DNA of 56,966 nt, filler included, from Fonticula-like sp. SCN 57-25 (GCA_001724245.1; 4 parts of 4 records of this genome joined end to end with filler, not necessarily neighbours in it), one strand, 5' to 3'; shown: positions 1-13,341, counted from the first letter of the whole stretch. A program made the numbers and translations. The notes: generated from the sequence alone by a model not told the origin.

Positions 1-19
1 GACACAGATAGGCAGTCTG

Positions 20-1585
20 TCAAGCTGTCAAGTGTCTGCGTGCAAACATGAATGATGCCAAGCAGTTCATCATGTTGTTCTTTCAGCAAAGTCAAACCAC
101 GTGATTGTGCAATGTAGTCAGGGGTTTGCAGTTCCTTCAACGCCATATTTTCGCTCGCCACTAAACATAATGCGTTAATATGCAAATATAAACCACATAA
201 TATTGCACGCACATTTGACCTCGAGGTCAGCAATCGATTGTTTCAATTCCTGTTCACGTGACATTCGCTGACGTAATTCACTGTCGGTCTTTTCAATTAA
301 TGTTTCAATGACTTTCACTTGTGCTTGCGCCACTATCAGTCGCTCGCGGACGCATTCATTGGCGGGAAGTGTCACTTGAGGGGCAGCAGAAGGTGCAATG
401 TAAGGATCAGTTTGCCACAATTCAACCTGACCAAGTAGACCAATAGTAATGTTGCCAGACGCAGCATGATACGCCAATGAAGACACCTGCATACAACATG
501 GTGAGCAATAAAAATAGACAAAGGATGACACACCATTCCACCACATTGGTAGTTTGCAGTTTGCACTCCATCAGAGGTGCGCCAAATAATGAATTTATTG
601 ACTGATCCACTGATCACGTGCGACTCGTCACCGAGAAAGGCGCCGCCAAAGACAGGTGTGTTTTTTCCCTTGAATGTCACGTGAGGAGTGGTTGACCACG
701 TGGCATCTGATGGAACATTCCAAATGGAAGCGGTAATGTCAGTACTTGTGACCAATAGCATGCGACCTGAGGGACTGAAGCAGAGGGACCATATCTAGCA
801 AGGATTAGTAATGAGAATTATATAGACGATTATCATACTTGACCTGAATGATGCTTGTTGTATGATACTTGCGCCCACTTGCCATTGGTCAGTCCATAAA
901 TGTACACGTGGCCATCATGAAATCCCACGGCAAGAAGATTCCCATCAGGGGAAAAGGCCAAACGAGTAATCTGCACACCCGTCGATGAGTACACAGCAAG
1001 TAATCATTCGAATACGCACACAAACAGACAATCCAGTCAATGTTTGAATGACTGAATAGTTGTTGGATGCGTCCAAGAGTGTCACTGCTTTATCGCTTCC
1101 ACCGACGGCAACGATCCCATTGGCACTGAATGCACATCCAATCAACTAGACAAGGGATGAGCAAGGAAGGACCAGCAAACATGATGCATACAGCCTTGTT
1201 ATTCTTGTACACGGTCGAGTGTGCATTGTTATTTGTGACTTGGATGACATTGCCACCAGTTGTTACAGCGACAAGACGCGTCCCGTCGGGCGACCACGCG
1301 GCACCTTGCACCTTGCGTGCCGGTCAGAACAAAAGAAGGACAAATGGGCGCGTACTTCTCCATCACACTTCACAGTGTACACCTTTTCCTGCGTGGCAAT
1401 ATTGGTGATGCAGAGTGACATGTCCCAGCTGCCAGTTGCCACCAAAGTGCCGTCGGGGGAAATCACACACCTACACACCTGCAAACGCAAGCAGCATCAG
1501 ATCAGCAGCACATCACGATCAAAGAAAGACGTACACAATCCGTGTGCGGTCGAATAGTCGCCTTCTTGACCAATTGATGCGCCAT
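20..1585 (-). CDS. Multi-exon WD40-repeat protein with C-terminal coiled coil
   Basis: Spliced reading MAHQLVKKATIRPHTDC|VCRCVISPDGTLVATGSWD, then AAWSPDGTRLV, CAFSANGIVAVGGSD, FSPDGNLLAVGFHDG, LCFSPSGRMLLVTSTD..IWNV. Tail is coiled-coil-like (IEKTDSELRQRMSREQELKQSIADLE) and ends in TGA at 20-22. Exon boundaries approximate. Confidence 0.75.
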
Positions 1586-1979
1586 TGCGTCCGCCACGCT
1601 TCTCGCGTTCAATCCCTTCAACCTCAACTGCTGCCAACTCGCGCACAGCAGACACTCGCTCGTCCGCTTGCGCGATTACGAATGCCGCGCGAACACGGCC
1701 ACGTGGTGATAAAATACAGATCACGTGATTTTGTGGGGTAGAGATGGAAGCGGAAACACGTATTCAATGCAAGCGGCAAAGTGTTTTGCAAAAAAGCACT
1801 ATTCGCATGACGCATAAGCAACAAAACGGGCAGAAAAATCTGAGAAAGTATACTATAATATATTGTCTATAGATATTAACGTGGTTTGCAAAACTGAAAC
1901 GAATGCATTTGATTGATGAATGGTCTGCCGCCCTACAAGTGCAAAAATCGGCTAAAAAGCCGCTGCGTGTGTAGAATGC

Positions 1980-3446
1980 TCATGCATAAGGCAGCACTGC
2001 CTCCTTTGTCCCCCCCTCCTTTGACGTCGCCTCCCTATTGCCCGTGATCTGCTCGAGCTCCTCCTTTGATATTGTCGGGAACGACGCGGCGTATTCGTGG
2101 CACCTACTTGGCGGCGGCGGCGTCCCCGTATCCGCAATATGCTATTTAATATTAGTTTAACGTCATTTTGCGCCATATTAATTCATAATTACTGATGTAG
2201 CGCACCTTTCTAACGACGTCGTTAAAGTAGAGGTGCCGCATGCCGCCCGGCGTCACCGGCGTCTGCAGAACGAGATCTTCCGCGCATACATTCTCGCGAT
2301 TGGCTGCGAGGTCAATGCGCTTAAAACCCGTTCCGGCGAGAATAAACCCGACCTCGACGTCCTCGAAGCGGTTGTGGTGCCAGTTGCGGACGCGGCGCGT
2401 GGCGGCCACCTTGAGGGCGAGGTCGCGCGACAGCACGTAGCCGGTGCCCATGTTGAAGCCGGGGCCGTCCTTGAAGGGGAACTCGGAGGTGGAGACGTAC
2501 CACTTGTCCCAGACATTGCGGCGCGCGGTGTAAAAGGATGTCCACCTTAAGTATGTTAGGCAAACACGTGGCAAAGGAAAAGGAAAATTGCGTACTTGCC
2601 GCCGTAGAGCTGGTTGGGGAAGCGCTTGGCGAGGCCGCGCAGGAGGGGGCCGAGCGTCACGTAGACGTCGTCGTCGGTCTTCATGACGTAGTAGGCGCCG
2701 CACTGCTCGGCGCCCCACGCGAAGATGCCGAGCGTCTTGAGCGTGATGTTGTAGTAGTTGTCGTTGACGCCGAGCAGGATCATGTCCTTGTGCGCGGTCG
2801 CCTGGCGGCAACATCAGCATCGCGCATCATCAAATAAAGGTCAATTAAAAAGGCGCACCTCTTCGTCAAGGCTCTTCATGAGCGCTGCGTTGTCGGGCTG
2901 GCCGATGAAAAAGCGGACGGTGTGGCGGAGATCCGACGGCCACTGCGCCCATGTCTCGCGGATGGCGTCGCGGCGATCGCGGTTGGGGCCCGCCGACAGC
3001 ACGCCGATGGCGAGCAGGTGCGGCGGGTGCTCTTCTAATTCGCCCATTCGCTCTACAAATTCGCAGGAATTAACACTCTGGAGCGGCGTCATCGCTCGAT
3101 TGGCGTACGCCCACCGCAGCGGCCATCCAGCCCAGTCTCACCCGATGGAAAGATGTGCGGGTGAAAAAGCGCCTCGTGCGCCTTTTGCAGCCGCTCCTCC
3201 TCAGCGTACGCGTCCACGCTCCCAAACGGCAGCACGCGCAGCTGCGCAAGCCCTACGCCGTCGGACACGGCATCGCCCCGCCCCAGGGCACCTGTGGGAC
3301 CGAGCGTGAGAACGGCAATCACGATCGGCGGCAATCGCACGGTTAAGCAGCGTCTGCGATGACGATGACGACGAGCTCCACAGGGCCTGATGTAGTATTA
3401 ACAAGGTGAGCGCGAGCGCGATGAGCGCCGCCGGTCGAAACCGCAT
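1980..3446 (-). CDS. Beta-1,3-galactosyltransferase-like, GT31 family, type II membrane protein (multi-exon)
   Basis: N-terminal TM (ALIALALTLLILHQALW). GT31 motifs LLAIGVLSAGPNRDRRDAIRETW, DNYYNITLKT, YVMKTDDDVYV, GTGYVLSRD, FEDVEVG. GT-AG introns join the fragments. Confidence 0.88.
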
Positions 3447-3823
3447 GCCGGCGATCCCCTTGACAGCTGTCACCCCACTTTGCAGCGTGTGACAGGTTGA
3501 CAGTTTACGTGCCGATTGATTTGCGTCCGAATATGGCTAAATCCGTGTCCGAATTCTAGCACGTGCAGCGCAATGTCGTACGACATTGTGTGCAACAAAC
3601 TAATGAAAACATTAGAGAATATCTTTGAAGATCTAATGCAGACTTTTTCCTGCATCATATACGAGCAGTAATAGACAATGCAAAGATAAAAGGTGTATTG
3701 TAAAAGTAGAAAATTATCATAAAAGTGAATATCAAGTCATACCATTGTGACATAGGGCTTTTCATTAATGTAGACATTTATACGAGCAATACAAACAAGG
3801 ATACAACATCTCATTTAATACGC

Positions 3824-6102
3824 CTAATAGGCCACATTCCGCGCCTTCAACTTGCGCGCATTGTGGTGCTTCTTGCTGCTTGCCGCGCCACCCGCGGCCG
3901 CCCCTTCCTTTTGGGCGCGCAGCAGATCAGCGACGGGGTTCTTTCCCTTGAGGTGGACGCCCACGCGGCCCTGCGCAAAGAAGGCGTTGTCGACTTCGTT
4001 GATGTAGGCGGGGCTGCTTCGCGAGCCGCCCATGACGCGGAAGGCGGAGCCGCTGCCGGTGGCGGGGGCTGCCGTGCCGTCATAGTCTTCCATCTGGGGC
4101 CAATTTAGTATGCTGGAAGGCAGAAAAGGGACACAAACATACATAAAATACACTTTTCCTTCACAAAACATCAAAACATGCATAAAAACTTCCAATTTCT
4201 CCCTTAAAACTACACTTTTCCATCCAAACCCAATGCCAAAACAAACAACTTTTCCCACAATGACAACGTACAATGTCGCCGACCATGCGCGCCGTGCGCT
4301 TGCTCGCACGCAACTCATTCAGCTTCGCCACGTGGACAGGCCTATTGAACTCTGCCTCGCTCATTCCCGGCGGCGGGTGGCAAAACAGCAGCTTGCCATT
4401 CATATAGTCCTTCAAAATGACACGTGCCGCGCGCTGCTCATCCGCATTGCTATGCCCGCTCTTCATATAGCCACGCATCACTACCGATAGTCAGCCCCCA
4501 ATTCCAGGGCAGATTCCAAATAAACACGTACTGGCGAATCCCGTGAGGAGCTCGGACGCCGTCGGCGGCCTGTTTTGGTCCTCGTCCTCTGCCGGCTTGA
4601 TGAGGTGCAGGCCGTACGTGGCCTCGAGCAGCTGCCGCGGAATACGATTGCAGACGAGCGCCGTCGCCGGCACGCCGTCGCGCAGCTGGTCGATCGGCAG
4701 CACGCCGTTGCACACGAGGTCTTCCTTGAGGACGGCGTAGTTGGGGAAGACGAGACCGGGGCAGTCGACCAGCGTGAGGTCGTCGGCGATCTTGATCGAC
4801 TGAAAGTGCTTTGTCTTGCCGGGCGTCGCGGCGACGGCGACCATCTTTGTGCCAGCGAGCGCGTTGATGGAAGATGACTTGCCGACGTTGGGGTAGCCAA
4901 CAAAGCCAACATTCATATAATCCTTGGTGCTCTCTGTGGGTACGTGGCACAGTCAGCATGCTGAGACCAAATATAGAAAGAAAACGGACCAATGGTGGCG
5001 TGCATGGTGCGGAAGAGGGCAAAGAGTTCTTCGCGCTGGACGATGGCCGTCCGCCGGTCGACCTCGCGCGGGCGAAAGGTAGGGACGCTGACAGAGTCCT
5101 CGCCGAGCGGCACCGACTCGTCCTCCTCGCTTTCCTCGTCGCTCTCATCGTCGCTGGCGTCAGAGAAAGGGGTTTCTTCGGCGTTCTTGGCGGCCTCGGC
5201 GGCCTCATCGAGCTCGGCCTGCGCCATGGCGGCAGACCAAAAGACGTACTTGATGTTGTTCTCCTCAAAGTAGTCGGCCCACTTTGACCTGCACACACAC
5301 GTTTAGCATCAACACATACATAAAACATTATAAAGGCATACCGCTGCTCCTCTGTAAGCAAGTCTGCCTTATTCACGAGCAGCAAATTCTGCTTGACGGG
5401 GTCGATCTCGTGGACGTATGTCTCGAGGTCGGTGCACCGGAAGAGCAGCGGGTTACGCGCGTCCACGATCTGAACGAGAATGTCGCTGCGGTCTACCACG
5501 CGCCAGAGCTGACGCCACACTTCAATATTGCGCTCGAATGGCGTTACGACAAGGTCGCTGCGGCCCTCCTGCAGCCTGCGGCGCGCCATTTGTCAGCAAA
5601 AGTCGATGGGATGCCAGGGGACGTACTGTGCGAAATTGCGCCGCCACTCGAGGAACGCCTCGCGCTCGAGGTGCTCGAGCTCTTCCGCCCGCATGTCCCG
5701 CGTCCATTTCGGTCTCCTTGGGACACGCAAAAGATCTTTGTTGAGCTCCATCTCTTGGAGGATCTCTTCCTCGCGCTCTGCCGTCATCGGCCCCAGCGTC
5801 TTGCTATCCGGCGTCACCAAAGAAATATTGCGGCGCTCTGTTGCACAGTGTTAAAGAGGGCATACAAGCAAACAGCACGGCGTACCTGCGGTAAAGTCAC
5901 GCTGCGCCAGGGCGGCGGTGCTCAAAAAGTCGTCCAGGTCGCGCTGCTCGGTGATGGACTGGTACTTGACCCACTGGGCGCCGTCGTCCATCTCGGTTGT
6001 GTGCAGCTTTGACGCGGAACCAATGGGTTTCCTAGACATTTGCTGGTCGCGGATCATGGCCTTGCCAAGGTTGCCGCCGGGGGCCTTCTTTCCTTTGCCC
6101 AT
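3824..6102 (-). CDS. LSG1: Large-subunit GTPase 1 (circularly permuted GTPase, 60S maturation), multi-exon
   Basis: [60 protein letters not shown]4 NKADLL, G1 [19 protein letters not shown]3 [28 protein letters not shown]. Confidence 0.95.
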
Positions 6103-6224
6103 ACTTGCTGCGGCCGCGGGGGATCGACGCCACGCACCAACAATCGAGAGTGTGCAAACTGCAAACTTTTACACGTGGCACAGGTACTTTCAATCGCCGC
6201 TGCTGCGAGGATCCAGCCGGCACC
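6103..6224. promoter_or_regulatory. Short bidirectional promoter shared by LSG1 and RLP24, containing a CACGTG E-box at 6172-6177
   Basis: Divergent ATGs 122 nt apart; CACGTG seen directly. Function is inferred. Confidence 0.5.
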
Positions 6225-6864
6225 ATGCGTCTCGAAAAATGCTATTTCTGCTCCTCGACAGTGTACCCAGGCCACGGGACTATGTTTGTGCGCAACGACG
6301 CCAAGGTACGCACGAAAAGCAGCGGCCAAGAAGCGCGTTTGTCTAATCTCGCCTGTAGATTTTCCGGTTCTGCCGCTCGAAATGCCACAAGAACTTTAAG
6401 ATGAAACGCAATCCCCGCAAGGTCCGGTGGACCAAGGCCTTCCGTAAGGCCGCCGGCAAGGAGCTCGCCATGGTACGCTCTTTTTGTTTGCTGCGCGCAC
6501 GGCTTTTACTCACGGCGCTTTCCCAGGACACGACGTTTGAATTTGAGAAGCGCCGCAATGTGCCGGTTCGCTACGATCGCGAGCTCATGCAGACGACGCT
6601 AGTGGCCATGAAGCGCGTTCGCGAGATTCGCGAGAAGCGCGAGAAGGCGTTCTACCAGCTCCGGTACGCTCCCTTTCCTTTTCTTTGCTTGTTTGTTGAC
6701 ATGCCGGCAGCATGCGCGCTTCCACCGAGAAGCAGAAGCAGGAGGAGGCCCAGGACATTGAGAAGCATATTGATCTCATTCGCGCGCCCGCTGCCCGCGC
6801 GCTCGACCAGGCCCAGAAGGAGAAGGCGCAGGCGACCGTCCAGAAGGGCGACATGGATATTTGA
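6225..6864 (+). CDS. RLP24: Ribosome biogenesis protein RLP24/RSL24D1 (4 exons)
   Basis: [85 protein letters not shown]. Three GTACGC...YAG introns. Confidence 0.96.
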
Positions 6865-7021
6865 GCAAAGGGGCCATTTCAGAACACTTGTACATATTAA
6901 TGTTGTTTCTTCTACTCTTTCATTGCTTATAAATACACAAAACGATTAGCTCGAAACTCGCCTCTAAAATAGAATAGTTTACAAATAACATAATAAAAGT
7001 CAATAATGCGTTATTTCCATG

Positions 7022-7508
7022 CTAGATGATGCCGATGCGGTGGGCGATCCGCTCGGCGAACGCCCGCCGATGCACGCGCTTTTTCATCGTGACGAGCAGA
7101 AAAGTGACCAGAAACAGCACAACTTGCGACACCTGGACATAATAATTAGCACAAAAAGATAGCATTGTCGCGTTGCGGACCTGGAAAATAATGTAGCGGT
7201 TTCGAAGGACGATGGACGGAACAGGGCATGCGACGTATCTCGTCCCTGCATCACCGCTCTCCGACACAGTGTCATTCCCCTTTGTGCAAAGGTACACCTC
7301 CACGTAGCCCGTCGACGCGCACGCAGAGCTCTCCACATTCAGCGTCGTGCAGGCCGTGCAGGCCTCCTCCACAACGCATTCGTCATTCGCCGCCACCCTG
7401 ACCAACGACGGTTAAATCCCGGCCCGCGCGCAACAACAAGGCGAGAACGTACGAGCTCACAAGCAGCGTAAATAGTAAACCCACAAGAAATACCCGCCAA
7501 CTCGTCAT
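7022..7508 (-). CDS. JTB (jumping translocation breakpoint)-like small membrane protein
   Basis: Signal peptide MTSWRVFLVGLLFTLLVSS; Cys pattern EC....C.AC.......C..TGYVE...C...C; then a TM helix and basic tail (KKRVHRRAFAERIAHRI). Confidence 0.7.
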
Positions 7509-7648
7509 TTTCTAGCGCCGCGGAAAAGAACACAAAGAGCGGTCGGCGCCGATCCCTTTCAGTCGCTTCGGGCGTTGTGTGTTGAGGTTGACGCAGACAA
7601 AGTCTGAGGTGGAATCGGGGGGTGGTTTTGCTGACAAGCACCTCGGCG

Positions 7649-9052
7649 ATGGAGCGGCTGAGCGCCTCGATAGCGCAGTCGCTCGAGGAGGATGCTTTGC
7701 GCGCGGCAGGCGGTTCCATGCTGGCGCGCATGTGGGCCGAGGCCAATGATGGCGGCAAGGGGGAGGATGCGAGGGGGACGGTGGTTCATTTTCTGACCAG
7801 CTGGGCTTGGGAGGAGCTACATGGCCGCCGCTGGGATCGCGTCGACATGATCTGGCGGCAGCTGTACGCACAGGCGTCGTGCCTTGCCGCCTGCATCTTG
7901 CGTGCGAACCGTGCCGTGGCGCTCAACTGGCTCGACAAGGCGCTCATCATGGGCGCGCCCACTCACCGCGGGCTGGTCCTGGCGGCCGCCACTGAGCTTC
8001 AAAAAGCGCACAGCGCCGACGACGATCGGCAGCGGCGCTCCTCGTGGTCGCTTCCACAGACGCCGCCGCCCGTTCCTCCGGAAATCCCGCAGTACGCCGG
8101 TCGGACGTCAATCGATGTCGTACCGCCGCCATCGCTGGTTGCCTTTGTTGAGATCGTCAAGCGCGCTACGCCAGTGATCATTGATGGCGCGCTGTCGCAC
8201 TGGCCGGCGCTGTCGACGCGCGCGTGGTCGGACCTCTCGTACATCCGCCGCTTGATGGGGCAGCGCACTGTCCCCATTGAGGTGGGCGCGTCGTACACGC
8301 ATCGCGACTGGACACAGCGGATGGTCACCGTCAACGAGTTTATTGACACATTCATTCTCGGCAGCGAGGAGCAAGACGAGGAAGAAGAACATGAAAAGAT
8401 AGACGTACAAGTACGAGATAAAATAGAAATTCAAGATGAACAAGATGAGATAGAAGGGCAAGAAGGACAGGAATCAACATCAGATCAAGATGAATCAGCA
8501 TCTCATGCACAAGATTCCGAGTCAATTACGACTCCACTTCCCAAGCGTCGCCGCATCCACCCAAACAAGCACCCACGCGGCTACCTCGCCCAGCACAATC
8601 TCTTTGACCAAGTGCCCGAGCTGCTCGCCGACATTTCTATCCCCGACTATTGCGCCGTTGACACTTCTGATTCTGATGATGATGCTGATGCTGCCGAGCC
8701 AGTGCAGCTCAATGCGTGGTTTGGCCCAAAGGGAACGGTCTCGCCGCCACACACTGACCCGCAAAACAACTTGCTGGCGCAGGTCGTCGGGTACAAGTAC
8801 GTGCGGTTGTTTGCGCCGAGCGAGCGGGAAAGACTTTACCCGCACGATCAGCAGGACATGCTCAGCAATACAAGCAGGGTGGACATTCGGGATCCGGATA
8901 GCAAGTTGTTTCCTGGCTATGCCGAGGCGGCGTATTGGGAGGCGGTGATCGCGCCAGGGCAGCTTTTGTATATTCCGAGAGGGTGGTGGCACTATGTCGA
9001 GTCGCTTTCGCCGTCGTTTTCTGTCAGTTTTTGGTTTGGACCGCGTGACTAA
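7649..9052 (+). CDS. JmjC-domain hydroxylase, JMJD5/KDM8-like
   Basis: WEELH...W..V...WRQLY, LDKALIMG, RTVPIEVG.SYT..DWTQ, GYLAQHNLFDQVPEL..DI.IPDYC, NAWFGPKGTVSPPHTDP (HxD), LYIPRGWWHYV.SLS.SFSVSFW. In-frame acidic insertion at ~8370-8530. Confidence 0.92.
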   Translation: MERLSASIAQSLEEDALRAAGGSMLARMWAEANDGGKGEDARGTVVHFLTSWAWEELHGRRWDRVDMIWRQLYAQASCLAACILRANRAVALNWLDKALIMGAPTHRGLVLAAATELQKAHSADDDRQRRSSWSLPQTPPPVPPEIPQYAGRTSIDVVPPPSLVAFVEIVKRATPVIIDGALSHWPALSTRAWSDLSYIRRLMGQRTVPIEVGASYTHRDWTQRMVTVNEFIDTFILGSEEQDEEEEHEKIDVQVRDKIEIQDEQDEIEGQEGQESTSDQDESASHAQDSESITTPLPKRRRIHPNKHPRGYLAQHNLFDQVPELLADISIPDYCAVDTSDSDDDADAAEPVQLNAWFGPKGTVSPPHTDPQNNLLAQVVGYKYVRLFAPSERERLYPHDQQDMLSNTSRVDIRDPDSKLFPGYAEAAYWEAVIAPGQLLYIPRGWWHYVESLSPSFSVSFWFGPRD

Positions 9053-9264
9053 ATAAGTTTTGGCAATGTACAATAGCATGGCATCAATGAAGAGAGCATA
9101 TAAAGGAAGAGTTTCTGTAATAGAGTACAAAGAATAATGGCTATGGCGACTTGCAGTTGGGGTAACTTTCAATCTGGATTGATTTTGATCCGGATCATTT
9201 ATGTTATGTTTCGCAGTTGCGTTCTGCTTGTACTGTATTGGTCGCCGCGGCAAGCTGCAACAGG

Positions 9265-11397
9265 ATGGCGGAGCCTCCTGAGTCTCCACCGCCTAGCTGG
9301 CAGCCCGCCTCTGATGATCAGCGCTACTTGAAGCGGAGGTTACGAAACTATGCGTGGCGGCAGTGGCATCTCGATCACGCCGGCGAGGCCTCCAATGGCT
9401 CTCCGGTGCCCGATCTGCCGCCTGCCTTGTTCACTGCCCCGCCGCCGTCGGCGAGCATTGATGGGATGGGCGAGCACTCTGTATCGCCCGCCGCAGCGGA
9501 TCTTTGCGTTCGGGATCGCCGCCCGAGGACAGTATCGCTTGTTGTTTCCCCCCTGAGTGCGCCGGCCACGACGCCGCTTGCAAAATCTTCATCGCGGCGT
9601 CTCCCCCTTGCCATCGACACGCACGTCTCGGAGGAATCAACGTCCCCTCCCCGGCATCCCCAGTCCGCTCGGCCTGCTTTCACCAACGCGGCCACTCCCC
9701 TTAGCGCGCAGGTCCTTCCCGCGGAGCCCTCGAGCGCGCCGCTGTTCAGCTGGCGGCGCGCCGTGGACGCTCTGAAACGCGCTCCTCAATCAGCCCTGTC
9801 GTCAATGTCGCTCTTTTCTCAGCGGCCGCCGCCGTCCGCCACCTCTGCGACCGCCCCCGCCGGCTCGCACGACGCCGTTGCGTGCTTTGGCGATCACCGG
9901 ACGCTGTTCAACAAGCCCGCCTCCTTTGACGGCCTCTACCTGCGCGAGCACGTGCGCACCAAGCCGTCATCCCGCCGGCAGACATGGCTCCTGCTCGCAA
10001 AGTACTCGCAGTCGATCTACAAGTCGTCTCCCTTTGAGATGAGCGAGTGTCTCGACGCGATCCGCGCGGCCGACGACACGATCGACATTTTCCTCAAGGA
10101 CAGCGACACGATCTGGCAAGCCCGCCGGCATCAATTCGAGCGTGCTCGCGAAGCCGGCCCTGTGCGCCGCACCGCCTCAACAACGAGCCTGCGCTCGAGC
10201 GCGTCCGCTGATGTGGACCCGCCGGCGCCGCGCCGCAACAACAACAATTTTTTCTTTTCGCTCTTTGGCACGCCGCCTTCCCCTCACGTGGCTACCTCTC
10301 GGCAGGCCGTGACGTCGCGCCTCATTGCCGCCTCGACGTCGCCGACGGCCGCCTTGTGGCCGTTCATGCCGCAGACGTCGTCCGGGTCCCTCATCCCCGC
10401 GCCACCGACGCCCGTCATTGCGTCGCACACATCTTCCTCTCGCCTTTCAGCCTCGCTTCACGAGACCTGCGACCAAATTGAGCGCGACGTTCAGCGGACG
10501 CACGTCGGCCCCGCCACCGAACCGCGCGGCCGCCGCCGCCTCATGCGCCTATTATTAGCACACGCCATGTGGAACACGGACATTGGCTACTGCCAGTCGA
10601 TCTCGATGCTCGCCGGCCTGCTGCTGCTCGGCATGGAAGCCCCCGACGCGCGCCCCAGCCGCCCTGCCGGGACCCTCGACGAGAGCGCGTCGGCGCCGCT
10701 CCCACAGGCCCAAGAGCGCGCCATCCCCGCGCGCACGGCGAGCACTGGCATGCCCGGCGACGAGTCGAGTGACGCCGAGCTCGACGCCGACAGCGAAACC
10801 CTGCTTGTCCTGCGCACCATTGTCGACGTGTACCTCCCGCGCGACTATTACGTCAACCTCTTTGGCCTCATCGCGGAATTCGAGACGCTCATGGTGCTCG
10901 TCGAGCGCATCCTGCCCGACCTCGACGCGCACGCAAAGGCGCTCACAAAGCACGGCGAGCCGTACCCGCTCAAGCCGTTCATGCAGCGCTGGCTCATGAC
11001 GTTTTTTGCCGACGTGTTAAAGCCGGCGTGCGCGCTGCTCGTACTGGACGCTTTTCTGTGTGATGGGCTGCAGGCGCTGCACAGGATTGCACTGGCACTG
11101 CTAAAGGCGAATAGAAAGGGACTATTGGAGACGGACGATTGGTGTGACTTTAGCGCACTCGCCCAGACGGCATGCACTGACCTTCACAAGGTACGCTTGC
11201 AGACACAATCGTATTGTCCAATCACGCTCGTTTGCTGACTCGTCGTTTAGGGTGGGATGAAGGCGATAGAGGCGCTGCTGGTGGACGCGTATCGGCTGGA
11301 TCGGTTCCCGTCGAGCGAAGAGTACCAGCGGATAAGGTCGGACCAGCACGCGCTGTCGGCAAAGTTGGCAGAGGAGCACGGTCATGCCCACCTGTAA
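9265..11397 (+). CDS. TBC-domain Rab GTPase-activating protein
   Basis: Catalytic fingers QIERDVQRTH (IxxDxxR) and IGYCQ (YxQ); ILPDLDAH, QRWLMTFF, LDAFLCDG..ALHRIALALLK. The last exon follows a GTACGC intron at ~11191-11250. Confidence 0.88.
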
Positions 11398-11882
11398 TGA
11401 TGGTAATGGTAACGTGTGATCTTGGTAATGGCCACGTGTGGTCGTGTACAGGTAGACTTGTTGTACATACATTCGTATTGTTACTACATTCGTATTGTTT
11501 GGGGTGGATTCTGAGGCTTTTATACCTACTGTGGCCACTCTGCTTCGTGTGAATACCGAATATATGTATGTATATTGACAGTGTAAGGGTGCCGTGGGTA
11601 AAGCAGGGATAATATGGAAAGGTACACTATAGCCCATTTGCATCCACGTGGACATATTTGTCCACAGTGAGTGCACGGGCGGCGGATCTCGTACAATAAC
11701 AGAAACACAAAACATTGCAATGTTGCGTCAAATGGCAGAAAGGGTCTAAATTGACACGAGCATTCAAAATGGCCATTAACATGTGCCAAATGACACAAAA
11801 AGTCCATTAAAATGACATCAACCGATATCAAAATGACACTAATTGACACCAACCATCACCAATTGCCTCATTCTAACCCTCC

Positions 11883-13341
11883 CTAAAAGTGCGCCAATTG
11901 GTCCTCATCCGACGACACTGCCAAAATCGCCTCCGTATCCGAATGCAGCCCCACCGGCGGCGACTCCAACGGCGACAATTCCTTCCCCCTCTGCCTCTCC
12001 ACCCGCGGCGACTGCGCCATACCGTGCGCAGGCAGCGACGCAGACGACCCAGCAAGCACGCTCGAGGGGTAAAAGCCAAGGGGGGTCAGTGGCGCTGCGG
12101 CCACGTGGAGCGGCGGTGCTGAGCGTGGCGGCTCGGCGAGGGCGGCGGGCGGCGAAAAGGCGGTCTCGAGGGTGAGCTGGTGGTGCTCGGCGGGGCGCGC
12201 GGGGGCGGGGGCGGGCAGCGGGAGGAGCACGTGACTGTCATTGGGTGGGAGCACGTGATCGTGGAGTGGGATCACGTGGCCGTTGTCGTGGGGTGAGGGA
12301 GCGGCGTCGAGGGCGTCCTTGATGAGGGGGGCGGGGAGGAGTTGGGTGGAAGTGCTTAACATGTCATCAACGGGGTTCTAATAAGAATGTTTAGAAGGTA
12401 ATTATGTGGGACAATATGTGAGATAATAGGCATGAGATATGAGACAGAGTAGAGACACACTGCGTCAACATATACACGCATACAGCATTATGTTCACATA
12501 CACATCATTGACACTCATCAATGTCATTCATCATCAACGATACCCATGATACTCATCACCCATCCATGACACTCATCATTGTATCATACACAATACAGTG
12601 CTACAAACCAACACATACCCAGTGTACACATGTATATACTACATCACACTACACACTACAAATAATACTATTCGCACCTGCATTGCCACCTTGTCCTTCT
12701 TCACCTGACGCAGCGCATACACAGGCGGCGGCGCCATGCTCGCCATGATACACTGCACCCACATGGCCCGCTCTTCGGCCGACTCGCTCGCAAACACATA
12801 CGTCTTGTGCGAACCTACGCACCGCACCAATCACTGAGTGACACGTGCACAAAAAAGGCATAAAGTATTATGAAAATATACGTACTTCTAACGGTCGAAC
12901 CGCGCTCGAATTTGACCGCTTTAATTGTCGAGTTTTTGTCGCCGCCTTGTTTGCCGTCGCGGTAAAGTTCAAAGGCAAAGCGCGCGTTTTTGTCGACAGT
13001 AGAGCCGTGGATTTCGCGGACGGAGAGATTCTCAAGAGGAATGATGGCGCAGGGGGTGCGGTCCTGTGGGGGAGAGGGTGAGAACTGAGTAAAAGTGGTG
13101 GAAATGTGGGCAAAAATGGCACAAAAATGACGCAAAGGTGGCAGAAATGGCTTTAAAAGAACAAAAAATGACCCAAAAAGTACACAAAAAGAGCCTAAAA
13201 AGCGACAATTCCTCACAAAATACACCAAAAAAAAAACAAATTACGCACATCTGCCGACTTGAAGTAATACAAGACGCTCCCCGTGACGACGAAGAAGCGC
13301 CTCTGCCACTTTACGCTGCGGTGCCCCAACTTCCACAAGTA
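11883..13341 (-). CDS. Cytohesin/ARNO-like PH-domain protein, 3' part (5' truncated by contig end)
   Basis: Exons YLWKLGHRSVKWQRRFFVVTGSVLYYF, PCAIIPLENLSVREI..FELY..IKAVKFE, VGSHKTYVFASESAEERAMWVQCI match the cytohesin PH signature (GIIPLENLSIRE). The 3' end is uncertain. Confidence 0.75.
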
